From positions 40,116,001 through 40,180,000 of the forward strand of contig NC_045697.1 in assembly GCF_009834535.1 (NCBI RefSeq): DNA of 64,000 nucleotides, read 5' to 3'. The notes under the pieces were generated by a model. It was not told the DNA's origin and made no database searches. It worked only from the letters and a program-made list of their open reading frames with translations. Position numbers and translations under genes: made by a program. The stretch is from Camelus ferus. Lineage: Eukaryota. Below are positions 50,001 through 60,754 of this stretch, in pieces (within the stretch, counting starts at the first letter, position 1; each line of letters begins with the position of its first letter).

Positions 50001-50542
50001 TGAGTGAAAATTACTCAATACATGTTTCTGCTCTTTGACGTGAGCAGCACCGCAGACTTGAAAACAAGTGAATTTGGAGAGGCTGGTAGCTTGGTTCAAA
50101 GTGTGAGTCTGTGAACTTGGCCAAGTTCCGGAAACCTTAGTCTCCTCATCTTTTAAATGTGTATAATGTCCACCCCATAGGGTTATTTTCAGGATTAACT
50201 CAACTGTTATATGCAGGTTGCTTCATGGTGTCTAGCAGAATTGTAAGTATCAATGACTGTTTCCTATTATAAATAAAGGGATATTTATTTAAGACTTGGT
50301 AACCTATATGCTTCTTTAAGGAACAGTGACTATATTAAGTAAAATTTGACAGATGCTAAGAATGAAGTCATATTCTTTTCCTATTGAATTTCAGATGTAC
50401 TGGCGAAGAATTTTTGGCAAACCAGGGCATCGATCTCTCACCTTGGGGCCTGTGGAAGAATCACGTAGCCTTGGCTTGCATGATTGTTATCTTCCTTACA
50501 ATTGCCTACCTAAAATTGTTACTTCTAAAAAAATTTTCTTAA
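16869..50542 (+). CDS. ABCG2: ABCG2/BCRP ABC half-transporter, spliced CDS of 15 exons (1971 nt, 656 aa)
   Basis: Exons join in frame with GT-AG introns: Walker A GPTGGGKS, signature VSGGERKR, Walker [14 protein letters not shown]-loop SIHQP, six-TM domain ending LKKFS*. Exon lengths 203/60/115/153/158/152/105/251/83/90/125/155/90/83/148 match the human pattern except +3 nt in exon 8. Synteny with PKD2. Confidence 0.98.
20534..20744 (+). mobile_element. MER58A hAT-Charlie MITE with 8-bp TSD
   Basis: cagg...cctg termini; perfect TSD GACTAGAA at 20526-20533 and 20745-20752. Confidence 0.88.
21171..21219 (+). mobile_element. 49-bp L1 3'-terminal micro-insertion
   Basis: acattgtaaactgactatacttcagtaaaaaagaaaaaaaa flanked by TSD GAGCTATCG at 21162-21170 and 21220-21228. 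Confidence 0.8.
22719..22778 (+). CDS. ABCG2: ABCG2 exon 3 (Walker A)
   Basis: tttacag|T GGG ATC ATG...; [19 protein letters not shown]; donor TC|gtgagt. Confidence 0.96.
22830..23075 (-). mobile_element. L1MA-type 3'-end fragment
   Basis: ttgagttatagttgacatacaatattatgttagtttcaggtgtgc...; similar to 16480-16758. Confidence 0.7.
23668..23782 (+). CDS. ABCG2: ABCG2 exon 4
   Basis: ttcatag|[39 protein letters not shown]; donor |gtaagt. Confidence 0.96.
24338..24490 (+). CDS. ABCG2: ABCG2 exon 5
   Basis: [51 protein letters not shown]; aag acceptor, gtaatg donor. Confidence 0.96.
25895..26393 (-). mobile_element. Solo ERV1 LTR in ABCG2 intron 5 with 4-bp TSD TAGT
   Basis: TGTTACC...GTTACA ends; TAGT at 25891-25894 and 26394-26397; reversed AATAAA. 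Confidence 0.85.
27441..27598 (+). CDS. ABCG2: ABCG2 exon 6 (signature and Walker B)
   Basis: [52 protein letters not shown]; tag acceptor, gtaaac donor. Confidence 0.96.
27620..27980 (-). mobile_element. L2 3'-end fragment
   Basis: ttcattcattcatccaatatctgaacacctgctatataccagg...gtgaggtgacatttgagctg. Confidence 0.6.
28020..28258 (-). mobile_element. MLT1 (ERVL-MaLR) LTR fragment
   Basis: gggctgccatgacatagtgccacagattgggtggcttaaa...ggaggcttgaagttcgagatcagg. Confidence 0.7.
28470..29990 (-). mobile_element. Old L1MC/ME-type 3' region; a similar fragment lies at ~18960-19900
   Basis: atttctccaaggagccctggttccttctggtg...tttagaaaccgagatc; cagacagtgagaaactcggctcccatcat. Confidence 0.6.
30870..31021 (+). 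CDS. ABCG2: ABCG2 exon 7 (H-loop)
   Basis: [50 protein letters not shown]; tag acceptor, gtatgg donor. Confidence 0.96.
31618..31824 (-). mobile_element. Young ~200-bp L1 3'-end insertion with 12-bp TSD
   Basis: TGGTTCTATTTT at 31606-31617 and 31825-31836, followed by AA (TTTT/AA site); closely similar to 53860-54045. Confidence 0.85.
32730..32834 (+). CDS. ABCG2: ABCG2 exon 8
   Basis: [34 protein letters not shown]; cag acceptor, gtatgc donor. Confidence 0.93.
32958..33331 (-). mobile_element. MLT1A-type MaLR solo LTR
   Basis: ggctgctgtaacaaaaatac...ggaggctggaagtccaagatcaag...ccctcatgacctaatca...accatcacattggg. Confidence 0.8.
33452..33580. mobile_element. MER2/Tigger-derived MITE; another at ~35691-35868
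   Basis: tatccatggggagttgattccaggaccccctgcagatac...ggatacagagggccaactg. Confidence 0.6.
33922..34172 (+). CDS. ABCG2: ABCG2 exon 9
   Basis: [27 protein letters not shown]...[13 protein letters not shown]; aag acceptor, gtaacc donor. Confidence 0.95.
36160..36498 (+). mobile_element. MER58B hAT MITE
   Basis: caggggtaggcaaccttttctgtaaaaggtcagagagtaaata...tgttccaataaaactttattcatggacactgaaattt. Confidence 0.75.
38690..38772 (+). CDS. ABCG2: ABCG2 exon 10 (TM1)
   Basis: [28 protein letters not shown]19-ggaaaag acceptor, gtgagt donor. Confidence 0.95.
38945..40062 (-). mobile_element. L1MA/MB-type 3' fragment in ABCG2 intron 10
   Basis: L1 3' UTR and ORF2 C-terminal remnant ([25 protein letters not shown]). 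Confidence 0.85.
42195..42538 (-). mobile_element. MLT1-type MaLR LTR
   Basis: cacagactgggcggcttaaa...gccccaccctcgtgacctcgtctaaacctaacaacctcccaaag. Confidence 0.7.
42778..42867 (+). CDS. ABCG2: ABCG2 exon 11 (TM2)
   Basis: [29 protein letters not shown]; cag acceptor, gtgagt donor. Confidence 0.96.
43834..44081 (+). mobile_element. L1 3'-end insertion with 12-bp TSD upstream of exon 12
   Basis: AAGATGCTGACA (43822-43833) and AAGATGCCGACA (44082-44093); TT/AAGA site; A-rich tail. Confidence 0.85.
44248..44372 (+). CDS. ABCG2: ABCG2 exon 12 (TM3)
   Basis: [41 protein letters not shown]; tag acceptor, gtaagc donor. Confidence 0.96.
45611..45765 (+). CDS. ABCG2: ABCG2 exon 13
   Basis: [51 protein letters not shown]; aag acceptor, gtgagt donor. 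Confidence 0.96.
47569..47658 (+). CDS. ABCG2: ABCG2 exon 14
   Basis: [30 protein letters not shown]; tag acceptor, gtacgt donor. Confidence 0.96.
48123..48174 (-). mobile_element. 52-bp L1 3'-terminal micro-insertion
   Basis: Poly-T then aacattttttattgatttataatcattttacaatgttgtg; TSD AGAACTGGGTTT at 48111-48122 and 48175-48186. Confidence 0.85.
48588..48670 (+). CDS. ABCG2: ABCG2 exon 15 (extracellular loop 3)
   Basis: [27 protein letters not shown]; cag acceptor, gtaagt donor. Confidence 0.96.
50395..50542 (+). CDS. ABCG2: ABCG2 exon 16, coding part to TAA
   Basis: [48 protein letters not shown]. Confidence 0.96.
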
Positions 50543-50950
50543 ATTCCTCTTTGATTTACACAATTTACCCCACATTAAAAAGGGAGCACCTTGACTTCAG
50601 TATTCAGTGAAGTTTTGTTGGTTGTCTTCTTTTCACTTGCCATCATGCTATTGTTCAACAAGAATTAGTTTTAACAGAAACATTTATAGAAATCACAATG
50701 AACTAAATTCTACACGAAAGAACCCAGGTCATAAACTAGTGCTATTATGTAGTGTTAGTTCATCCAGTCAGAGAGTAACCATGGGGAAGAAATCTAGTTT
50801 AACTTATTGCCCTGAAAAAGAATTGAGTTCTAGAAACTTGTGACAAGTTATTCATGTCTCTGGCATTGGTTTCCTCACCTTTAAAAAGAATAGGTGGGTT
50901 AGTTGTCTTCCGGCTTCAATATTATATGAATCAATGATCTGCCATTATTT

Positions 50951-50966
50951 AATAAATACTAATAAA
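50951..50966 (+). terminator. ABCG2: ABCG2 proximal polyadenylation signals (tandem AATAAA)
   Basis: AATAAA at 50951-50956 and 50961-50966, ~410 nt after the stop, followed by GT/T-rich sequence. Confidence 0.7.
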
Positions 50967-53724
50967 TGTATTGATGTTTTTGTGGAAGCATGAAATCCAA
51001 ACCATGTTGGGAAAACCCAGTGTTATTTATGGAGTTAAAAAGCCATTATGCTAGAAAAAGCTTTGATAAGCCTTTTAAGGTTATTCGACCTCACTGCGGT
51101 TTCCCTCTGGGGGAATGAGAGTATCACAGGGGCCTCAGCTGGGCTGTGGACTACAGGTCTAGAGGGCCGGGACTGGTGATCTGGGTGTGCATCATAATCT
51201 CCTGAGGAATTTTGCTCAGATACAGGCGTCTGGGCCCCATGAGCCTCTCAGCATCAGGATCTCCAGGGCTACCTGCATGAAGAACTGTCCACGGCAGGAT
51301 TTGATAATTTCCGAGATCCTTCCCAGCTCTGCACATCTCACACGTATTATATAGTTATTGTTATAACTGGCCCTTTACAGGTTTTTTCTTCCCTCCATAT
51401 GCATCTCATTTATTTACACAGCTTCTCTTCATTCTAACCTTTACCAGTAATAGTGAAGTGTATTTAAACTTCTTTTTTACTGAAGGGTAATGTAGGGAAA
51501 AAGTACAGTCCAGTGAATTATAAAAGGGACACACCTGTGCAGCCACCAATCCAGGTCAAAAAAAATAGGACATTATGAGTGCTGCCCTCCCGAATGCCCG
51601 CCCAGCACGCCACCCCCAGCTCCTCTTCCAGTCACTTCTTCCTCCCTTCTCTCTGGGTTATGTTTGCAATGACTCTTGTATACTCCCCTCTGTTGCTATT
51701 GTCAGAACATCCCTACAGCTCAGTTTTGTGTTCCTATGTGTGTAGGTACATCCTGAATGAAGCTCCCCACCCCCTTTAATAAACTATGCATTTTGGAATA
51801 ATTTTAGATGTATAGAAAAGTTGCAAAAATCATGTGGAAAGTATAGCCTTTGCCCAGCTTCCTTCAATGTTAGTATTTTATGTACCACGGTACATGTCAA
51901 AACTAAGAAATTAACGTGGCTACATTACTGTTAAACTGTACACTTTATTTAGGTTTCACTTTTCCACTAATGCTCTTTTATTGTTCTAGAATATGGTTTA
52001 GGAGATCCCATTTCATTTATTCCTTTTTTGAAAGTAAATACTTTTCAGTATTATAGGAATTGAGTGAACTGAGGAACCAGAATGTAGACCCGCTGTGACT
52101 GGTCATCTTGGAATGTCATTTAGGGTCAGTGGGTGCCCTGCCTTGTTGCAACATCAATCCAAGGACATAGTGTTCTGTTTTCATCTTTGGACTTTAAGGA
52201 ACTTCTTCCTTTGTTTGATGATATTTGACTAATGCTTCATCTTGTAACAAATTATCACACCCTCTTTCTACCTGATTACTTCGTGACCATCAGGGTTCAT
52301 GAGTTTTTCCTGTTCTTGGTACAGTTCCTTCTTTTTACATAACCCTGGCTTACTCATAGTTCTCTGTATGTACTCTTCCTTACACACAAAGAAATATATT
52401 ACACAGTTCTCTGTGTATATGCAGAGAGGAATATATATTTATCCTTTATACACAAAATATACTTAAGAAACAATAAAGCCTTAACACTTACTTTTAAAAT
52501 GAATAAGAATATAAGAATTTAAATATATCTTATCACACTTATCCTCCCTTTGTATTTCAATTGTTTTTATACATAATTCTTTTTAAAATTATCATGGTAA
52601 GAAATAAGTAACATAAAATTTACCATCTTAACCATTTTTAAGTTTAGGAACACTTTAAAAAGTGTAAGTAAACTTGTAAGTCCTATAAAGTAGAAAGGAG
52701 AATTTTAGTTTATAGAAATTTACTTCAAAATAGATCTGTATTCTTTTGAATTTTGCTGTCATCTTCTTGGATGTCAGAAGAACTAATTAATGATGGAGAA
52801 GATAAATAAATTACTTTGGTTTAAGATAAAAGAAGCCAAGCTGTTGGGCCCATGAATAGCCTCCTTTCTTTTCCTTCCTTCCTTCCTTCCTCCCTCCATC
52901 CCTCAGCCTCATCCACCTCGCCACGGAGCCCTTCATAGCGACAGTCTTCTCGCACTCTTCTTTGAAAGCCCCACAAGAGCAACTGAAGGAGTATAAATAG
53001 TAGCTAACATTCACCTGTTCCTGACGATTAAAGACTAATTCAAACGATGTCTGCTACATCCATAGGAATTTGTCAAGCTAACCTGAATAGTTGCAATAGC
53101 TCATCTTCACCAAGACAGTGCAGGAGACAATCAGTGTCCCCACCTCACTCTCAAAGCTTTCTGTTTATCCTCAGTGGAATGAAGATCCCCCCAAAAAGAA
53201 AACCTGGAACCCCACCAAACAAAGCTACCGTCTTGGTATACCTCCTGGCCTTCTGTCTCTTTATACACACATTAAAAAAAAAAAGTGGTCGACTCACATG
53301 TTGACTTGTAATGTTTTTGTCCCCTCTAAGCAGTATGAACATAAAATACTTACATTCGAAATCAGACTCACTTTCTAGACTGTGAACTTCCACATTTTTT
53401 GATGTTACCTAGGGTGGGGTTTCCCAAGCTTGCCTGATAGGAATCAAGATCATCTGGGATGCTTATGTAAGAGAGGAAAAGAGGAAGGAAACCTATTGTT
53501 TTTTGTCCCCTGTTGACTTAGAATCTCTGAGGAATAGACCTGGAAATTCCAGGTGATCCTTTGGCAAATACTGATTGAGGGTTGGAATAAACAGTTAAGA
53601 CCATTTAACGTACATTCATTATGATTCGACCTTGATCCAGCCACTGTTTAACAGTTGTGTTCAAAGCCATCTATTTTGGTTTCTTTTGCTTTTTCTTTTT
53701 TTTCCTTCTCTCTCCCTCTTTTTT

Positions 53725-53780
53725 TTTCACATGAAGGTACTGTGAATTGAACCAAGCACCTTGTGCATGCTCAGCATCTA
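53725..53780 (-). mobile_element. tRNA-derived SINE fragment resembling camelid SINEs
   Basis: gaaggtactgtgaattgaaccaagcaccttgtgcatgctcagca resembles my recollection of the camelid SINE core (ggaggtactggggattgaacccaggacctcgtgcatgctaagca). Confidence 0.5.
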
Positions 53781-53810
53781 TTTTGTATCCACATAAGTAC
53801 CAGAATCATT

Positions 53811-56712
53811 TTATTTATTTATTTATTACCAATTTTTTATTTATTTATTTTATATAAACATTTTTTTATTGAGTTATAGTCATTTTACAATGTTGTGTCA
53901 AATTCCAGTGTAGAGCACAATTTTTCAGTTATACATGAATATACATACATTAATTGTCACATTCTCTTTCGCTGTGAGCCACCACAAGATCCTGTATATA
54001 TGTCCCTGTGCTGCACAGTACAATCTTGTTTATCTGTTCTACATTTTGAAATCCCAGTCCCTTCCCACCCCCTATCCCCCTGGCAACCACAAGTTTGTAT
54101 TCTATGTGTATGAGTCTGTTTCTGTTTTGTATTTTTGTTTTTTGTTTTTAGATTCCACATATGAGCGATCTCATATGGTATTTTTCTTTCTCTTTCTGGC
54201 TTACTTCACTTAGAATGACATTCTCCAGGAACATCCATGTTGCTGCAAGTGGCATTATGTTGTCAGTTTTTATGGCTGAATAGTATTCCATATACCACAT
54301 CTTCCTTATCTAGTCATCCGTTGATGGACATTTAGGCTGTTTCCATGTCTTGGCTATTGTAAATAGTGCTGCTATGAACATTGGGGTGCAGGTGTCATCC
54401 TGAAGTAGGGTCCCTTCTGGATATATACCCAGGAGTGGAATTCCTGGGTCATATGGTAAGTCTATTCCTAGTCTTTTGAGGAATCTCCATACTGTTTTCC
54501 ACAGTGGCTGCACCAAACTGCATTCCCACCAGCAGTGTAGGAGGGTTCTCCTTTCTCCACAGCCTCTCCAGCATTTGTCATTTGTGGACTTTTGAATGAT
54601 GGCCATTCTGACTGGTGTGAGGTGATACCTCATTGTAGTTTTGATTTGCATTTCTCTGATTATTAGTGATATTGAGCATTTTTTCATGTGCCTATTGATC
54701 ATTTGTATTTCTTCCTTGGAGAACTGCTTGTTTAGGTCTTCTGTCCATTTTTGGATTGGGTTGTTTGTTTTTTTCTTATTAAATCGTGTGAGCTGCTTAT
54801 ATTCTGGAGATCAAACCTTTGTCAGTTTCATTTGCAAAAATTTTCTCCCATTCCGTAGGTTGTCGTTTTGTTTTACTTATGGTTTCCTTTGCTGTGCAGA
54901 AGCTTGTAATTTTCATTAGGTCCCATTTGTTTATTCTTGCTTTTATTTCTATTGCTTGGGTAGACTGTTCTAGGAGAACATTTTTGAGATGTATTGTTAG
55001 ATGTTTTGCCTATATTTTCTTCTAGGAGGTTTATTGTATCTTGTCTTATGTTTAAGTCTTTGATACATTTTGAGTTTATTTTTATGTATGGTGTAAGGGA
55101 GTGTTCTAGCTTCATTGATTTACATGCTGCTGTCTAGTTTTCCCAACACCGTTTGCTGAAGAGACTGTCTTTATTCCATTGTATATTCTTGCCTCCTTTG
55201 TCGAAGATTAGTTGACCAAAAGTTTGTGGGTTCATTTCTGGGCTCTCTATTCTGTTCCATTGGTCTATATGTCTGTTTTTGTACCAATACCATGCTGTCT
55301 TGATTACTGTAGCTCTATAGTATTGTCTGAAGTCTGGGGGAGTTATTCCTCCAGCCTCTTTCTTTTTCTTCAGTAATGCTTTGGCAATTCCAGGTCTTTC
55401 GTGGTTCCATATAAATTTTATTATGATTTGTTCTAGTTCTGTGAAATATGTCCTAGGTAATTTGATAGGGATTGCATTAAATCTGTAGATTGCCTTGGGC
55501 AGTATGACCATTTTAACAATATTGATTCTTCCAATCCAGAAGCATGGGATGTCTTTCCATTTTTTAAAGTCTTCTTTAATTTTCTTCATCAGTGTTTTAT
55601 TGTTTTCCATGTATAAGTCTTTCACCTCCTTGGTTAGATTTACTCCTAGGTATTTTATTACTTTGGGTGCTATTTTAAAGGGGATTGTTTCTTTACTTTC
55701 TTTTTCTGTTGATTCGTCGTTAGTGTAAAGAAATGCAACTGATTTTTGAACGTTAATCTTGCAACCTGCTACCTTGCTGAATTCTTCGATCAGCTCTAGT
55801 AGTTTTTGTGTGGACTCTTTAGGGTTTTCTGTATATAGTATCATGTCATCTGCTTATACTGACACTTTTACCTCTTCTTTTCCAATCTGGATCCCTTTAT
55901 TTCTCTCTCTTGCCTGATTGCTGTGGCTAGGACTTCCAAGACTATGTTGAATAGGAGTGGTGATAGTGGGCAGCCTTGTCTTGTCCCAGATTTTAGTGGG
56001 AAGCTTTTGAGTTTTTCACCGTTGAGTACTATGCTGGCTGTAGGTTTGTCATATATAGCTTTTATTATGTTGAGATATGTTGCCTCTATACCCACTTTGG
56101 TGAGTTTTTTATCATAAATGGGTATTGAATTTTATCAAAAGCTTTTTCTGCATCTATTGAGATGATCATGTGGTTTTTGTCCCTTCTCTTGTTGATGTGG
56201 TGTATTACATTGATTGATTTGCGTATGTTGAACCATCCTTGTGTCCCTGGGATGAACCCCACTTGATCACGATGTATAATCTTTTTTATGTGCTGTTGGA
56301 TTCTATTTGCTAGCGTTTTGATAAGGATTTTTGCATCTATGTTCATCAGTGATATTGGTCTGTAATTCTCTTTTTTGGTGGTGTCTTTGCCTGGTTTTGG
56401 TATCAGGGTGATGGTAGCTTCATAGAATGAGTTTGGGAGTACTGCCTCTTTTTCAATCTTCTGGAATAGTTTGAGGAGGACTGGTATGAGTTCTTCTTTG
56501 TATGTTTGGTAGAATTCTCCGGTGAAGCCATCCGGTCCTGGACTTTTATTTGTGGGGAGGTTTTTTATTGCTAATTCGATTTCATTTCTAGTGATAGGTT
56601 TGTTCAAGTGGTCAGTTTCTTCTTGATTCAGTCTTGGTGGACTGTATGTGTCCAGAAACTTGTCCATCTCCTCTAGGTTATCCAGTTTGGTTCCATACAG
56701 TTATTCATAATA
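53811..56712 (-). mobile_element. Young 5'-truncated LINE-1 (~2.9 kb): ORF2 RT and C-terminal domain plus 3' UTR, inactivated
   Basis: ORF2 pieces 56086-56667, 55868-56095, 55134-55844, 54873-55115, 54310-54702 ([38 protein letters not shown]); TSD CAGAATCATT at 53801-53810 and 56713-56722. Confidence 0.95.
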
Positions 56713-57499
56713 CAGAATCATTATATTTAGAACTAAGTGAGCTCGTTAACATCGCGCACCAGATCTTCAAACCTTTTTAAACTTTCAGAATCATTCTTTT
56801 ACCTGGCAACCCCACAGAACAGCATGTATGGGTCTCCGATCATGACAGTTGAACGTGGTGCTGCTCTGACCCAAGTGAGGATGTGGCCTCTCAGTTTGGC
56901 CTTTTTTCTTTGCCAAGCAGTAAACCTGACGCATCGTCTCAATTATTAAGTACTTGGCAGTCTTCTGCCTTGGAAAATCTCAAGCTATTCTGTCTCATTT
57001 TGCAGGTGAGGAAACTTGAGATTCAGAGACTGTGACCAGCCAAAGGCCACACACATTGTTTCCTTGCTGAGAGCTGGAACATGCTATTGTAGAACGAGTA
57101 CCCAGTCTGGGTTGGGTGGGGTTCATTTCTGAAACATGTGCAGAAAGCCAGGATAGGGACAGTGGCTTCAACAGAAGCTAGAGAGTTGTACCTAAAAGGG
57201 TTTTAGGAACCTGGAGGTGAATACGGGGCCTTTGTATCCCTACAGTTAGTTACTCAGGCAAATATTTCCCCTCTTCCTCCTTTGTCATCCTTCGTTTACC
57301 AGGTCCACGGACTTGATTAACTTAGCTTAGTTTGTATCTTTCTGGTCCATAAAACAGGGATCCTCCTGGCCTCTACCTTGGTGGAGATAATGAAGACTCA
57401 ATAAGGTAATGCATGTAAAGTGGCTGAAAGTACCTGGCTCATAGGATGCACTCACTACGTTTTAGCGCTTCCTGTTACATCCCTCAGGCATCTCAGTGG

Positions 57500-58498
57500 T
57501 TATTAGCATCATGCCAGCGCCAGTTCATGCGTGACATCCTCAGCAGGGACTGGAGTGCCATCCTCCAGAATGTGTTTTATACATTAAACCAGGGACGGGT
57601 AAACTATGGTTTGCAGGCCAGATTCAGCCCACTGCCTGTTCCTTTTATAAATAAAACTTTATTGGAACATAGCTAGGCTCATTCAAGTTTGTACTGTCTG
57701 TGGCTGCTTCTGCATTATGTTGGCAAAATCAGGGCGAAAGAGACCGTTATGGCCCATAAAGCCTAAAATATTCACTCTCTGGCCCTTTATGGAAAGTTTG
57801 CAGACCCCTGCATTAAACCAAGAGTGCCTGTTCCCGAGTTAGAATACACAGGTCCACGTGCCAAGTAAGGGTGGCCTCAATGTCATTCCCATTAACCCAT
57901 TTGCTGAACGTGCTTCCTGCCTCTGCAGCTTTAGGTCCTGCTGAATGAGAGTTCCTGGATCCTCAAGAGTGGGGGTACATTTTCACCTGGGAATACAGCA
58001 AACGGTCCACTGAACATGAACCTGTGTCTGCCACTAGTCACTTCCAGTTCCGCACGTGGTGGAACAGCAGGCAAGAAAAGCAGTTATTACATTGTCATCT
58101 CTGTTAGGAGAGGCAAGATTTGACAGCTGCATAAGGGGCAGGGAATTCACGGAGGTAGCTTGGTGTTTCCGTGCTTAGTGGTCATAAAAAATGGGAAGCC
58201 TGATAAAGGACCAGGGAACCAAGGGCTTTGTGCCCTCAGCACTGTAGGTGTGGATCATTGTGCCAGGCAAGCAACCTGGTACAGCTGAAGTTCTGGCCAA
58301 GAACGAGAACTCTAGAAAGGGTGATAGAAGAGAGAGGTGAGAGGCATTATGGGGATGTGAGCAGCAGCAGCGACGGGGACTAGCTAGTTCCACTGCCCTC
58401 CTGTATCTGGAGATTACAGCTGGCCTCCCTCAAAGTCAAGAGTGCACACAACGTGGGCATGAGTGGATCAGAGTGGTGCAGGGTGTGGAAAAGTAGAT
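57500..58498 (+). mobile_element. ERVL-class internal remnant (integrase C-terminal region), interrupted by MER58A
   Basis: DWSAILQNVFYTLNQ resembles ERVL pol GWGAILQDAVYALNQ; purine-rich tract precedes the LTR16-like element. Confidence 0.6.
57590..57810 (-). mobile_element. MER58A hAT MITE with 8-bp TSD
   Basis: Perfect TSD CATTAAAC at 57582-57589 and 57811-57818; cagg...cctg termini. Confidence 0.88.
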
Positions 58499-58991
58499 GC
58501 TGTTGGGCTCTGAGTCCTGGCTTCTCTGCACCTCTGTTCCACTGGCTGTGGTGGACAGTTCCGCAGGTGCTCAGATCATCTTGACAGCATCCATCTCAAG
58601 CCTGCACCACAAACCTCTTCACTTTTCTGCTGTAGGGCCTTCTCCAGAGCTGAAGGAATCGGCTCAGCCTGAGTGTAAGTGTAGCCTGAAAGTGCAGGGG
58701 GTGTTAACACCCCAAGGGCGCCCCTCACCTAGTAGGGATCCAGGCTGGCGGGGGGGAATGCCCCCAGGCTTATGTTCTTCAGGCTGGGAATCGTGGAGGC
58801 ATTCCGTAGTGTTCTCGGGGGTGGAGCTGAGCTGCTGCTGCCAGGAGGCACCTGCGCTAACACCTGTCCCCTGGAATGTCCTCCTTCCCTGGCTCACTCT
58901 TTCCTATGCCCGTTTCCTAGTATCACCTCCCAAGTAAACCAGCTGAACTCAAGCCCTTGGCTTTTCTTTTAGAGGAACACAAGCTAAAACA
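58499..58991 (+). mobile_element. LTR16-like ERVL 3' LTR
   Basis: gaaagtgcagggggtgttaacacccc...tcacctcccaagtaaacc...ctcaagcccttg...aagctaaaaca. Confidence 0.6.
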
Positions 58992-58999
58992 TATTCCCA

Positions 59000-60620
59000 T
59001 TAAGGCCAGAAACAAGACAAGCGTGTCTACTATTACTGCTGGTCTCTTAACACAGTGCTGTTCTTATTTACAAATAATCTGGTTTTCCACATAGAAAACC
59101 CAAAGAATCAATGCAGAAACTGTTAGAGCTAGAAAAGGAGTTCAACAAGTGTGATATATGTAAGATTCACTTATAAAAATTAGTAATTTTCCTTTATCTC
59201 AGCCATAATGAACTAGAAGATATAATGGGAGATACTATTCATAGTAACAATAAAACCATATTAAAGAACGACAAAATCTTTAGGAAATTTAGTGAAACGC
59301 TTAAGGACATTAAGGCAGCTCTGAACAAATGAAACAGTTATGTTTCTGGTGTTGTAGAGATGTCAGTTCTGCCCAGACCAATCAGTAAATTCAATGCAAT
59401 TCCAATTAAATTTCAGCAGGACTTTTCCCCCTCCTCTGCCCCTCAACCCTCACACCCAGGAACCCATCAAACTTGTTCTAACATTTATATGGAGAAATAA
59501 TGGTTCACAAAAATAGCCTAGTCGATTTTGGGAAAAAAAAAAAAAAAAAAAGCCAAAGAGGAGAACTTATACGAAGACCTTAGCACACAGGAAGACATAC
59601 TACAAAGTCATAATAAAAACTGTTGTGTAGGAACACTCATGGATCAGTGTAAGAGGCCAAAAAGTTCAAAAATAGACACAAATATACATGAACCTGAACT
59701 ATACCAGTGACACTAATAACTAGTAAGGAAAAAATGACTTATTTAATAGACAGTGTTGACAAAACCAGCTTAATTATACGGAGAAAAATATCTATGGACC
59801 TTATGTAAAGTTACTCTTGGGATGTATTAAATGTGAAAGTAAAACTGTAAGTTTAATAAACAAAAGTTTGTGACCTTACAAAGGTCTCTTTTAAACATCC
59901 AAACACAATAAAGCCAAAAAAATTGATGGCCATTACTATATGAAGACTAAGGAAACATTGACAAAATTATCAGTTGGATGAGAGACATTAATAGAGTCCA
60001 AAATGGATAAGGGATTAATACTTAAGCCATACAAAGAACTTCTGCAAATCAACAAAAAAGACCTTGAGCTAGTGGAAAAATAGGCAATACGTTTCCCCCA
60101 TTAGATCACAGTGTAATACTTTAAAGATTTGAATAGGCAATTTACAAAAAGGGAAACTCAGATGTTGAACAACTATATGAGATGATGTTCAACCTTATTA
60201 GGAATCAGAGAAATGCAAAATAAAATGAGACCTCACTTCAAAACTATCCCATTAGAAAGATTGGGAAGCTAGAATGTACCAATGCTGATGAGTGTCGGGG
60301 TAAAACCAGTACTTTCCTGCATGTAGTGGGATTATAGACTGGTGAATTATAGACTGGTGCTGTTACTCAGGAGGGCAACCTGACAGTTCTGGGTAAAATT
60401 AAATATATACCTGGGACTCAGCACTCCAGCTCTTGTTATATACCCACTGAGGAACTCATGAAAAGCCAACAAGGGAATTATGTAAAAGATTTTGAAATAG
60501 CAGAAATATTAGCGCCAACTATTTACTACAGGAATGTATGAGTGCAATGTGGTGGCTGTACTCTTGGAAATAATATGGAATCATCAGAGTAACTTACTAG
60601 AGGTACATACCACAAAAGAA
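59000..60620 (+). mobile_element. Ancient degenerate L1M ORF2 3' region
   Basis: acatagaaaacccaaagaatc, aaattcaatgcaattccaattaaa, aatcagagaaatgcaaaataaaa. Confidence 0.75.
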
Positions 60621-60754
60621 GTCATGTGTCGATCGTTGTTTTTGAACATGAAGAGAAGATGCCTTTTTCAAAGTCTCAGCCTTTACTACTAGTCTCATGA
60701 TACAAGACAAATGACCCACCTGCTTCTACTTAAGAAATAGACAACTCTTACATC

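Noticed and set aside
16869..50542. ABCG2 as a pseudogene or diverged paralogue
   Set aside because: All 15 exons are in frame with canonical splice sites and intact catalytic motifs, and the gene sits next to PKD2 as expected for the orthologue.
54310..56667. Long - strand ORFs (up to 236 aa) as a host gene or active retroelement
   Set aside because: They are frameshifted L1 ORF2 pieces with no ORF1 or endonuclease domain and a stop in the RT motif.
58497..58937. 146-aa ORF in GC-richer sequence
   Set aside because: It lies within the LTR16-like element and has no recognisable protein similarity.
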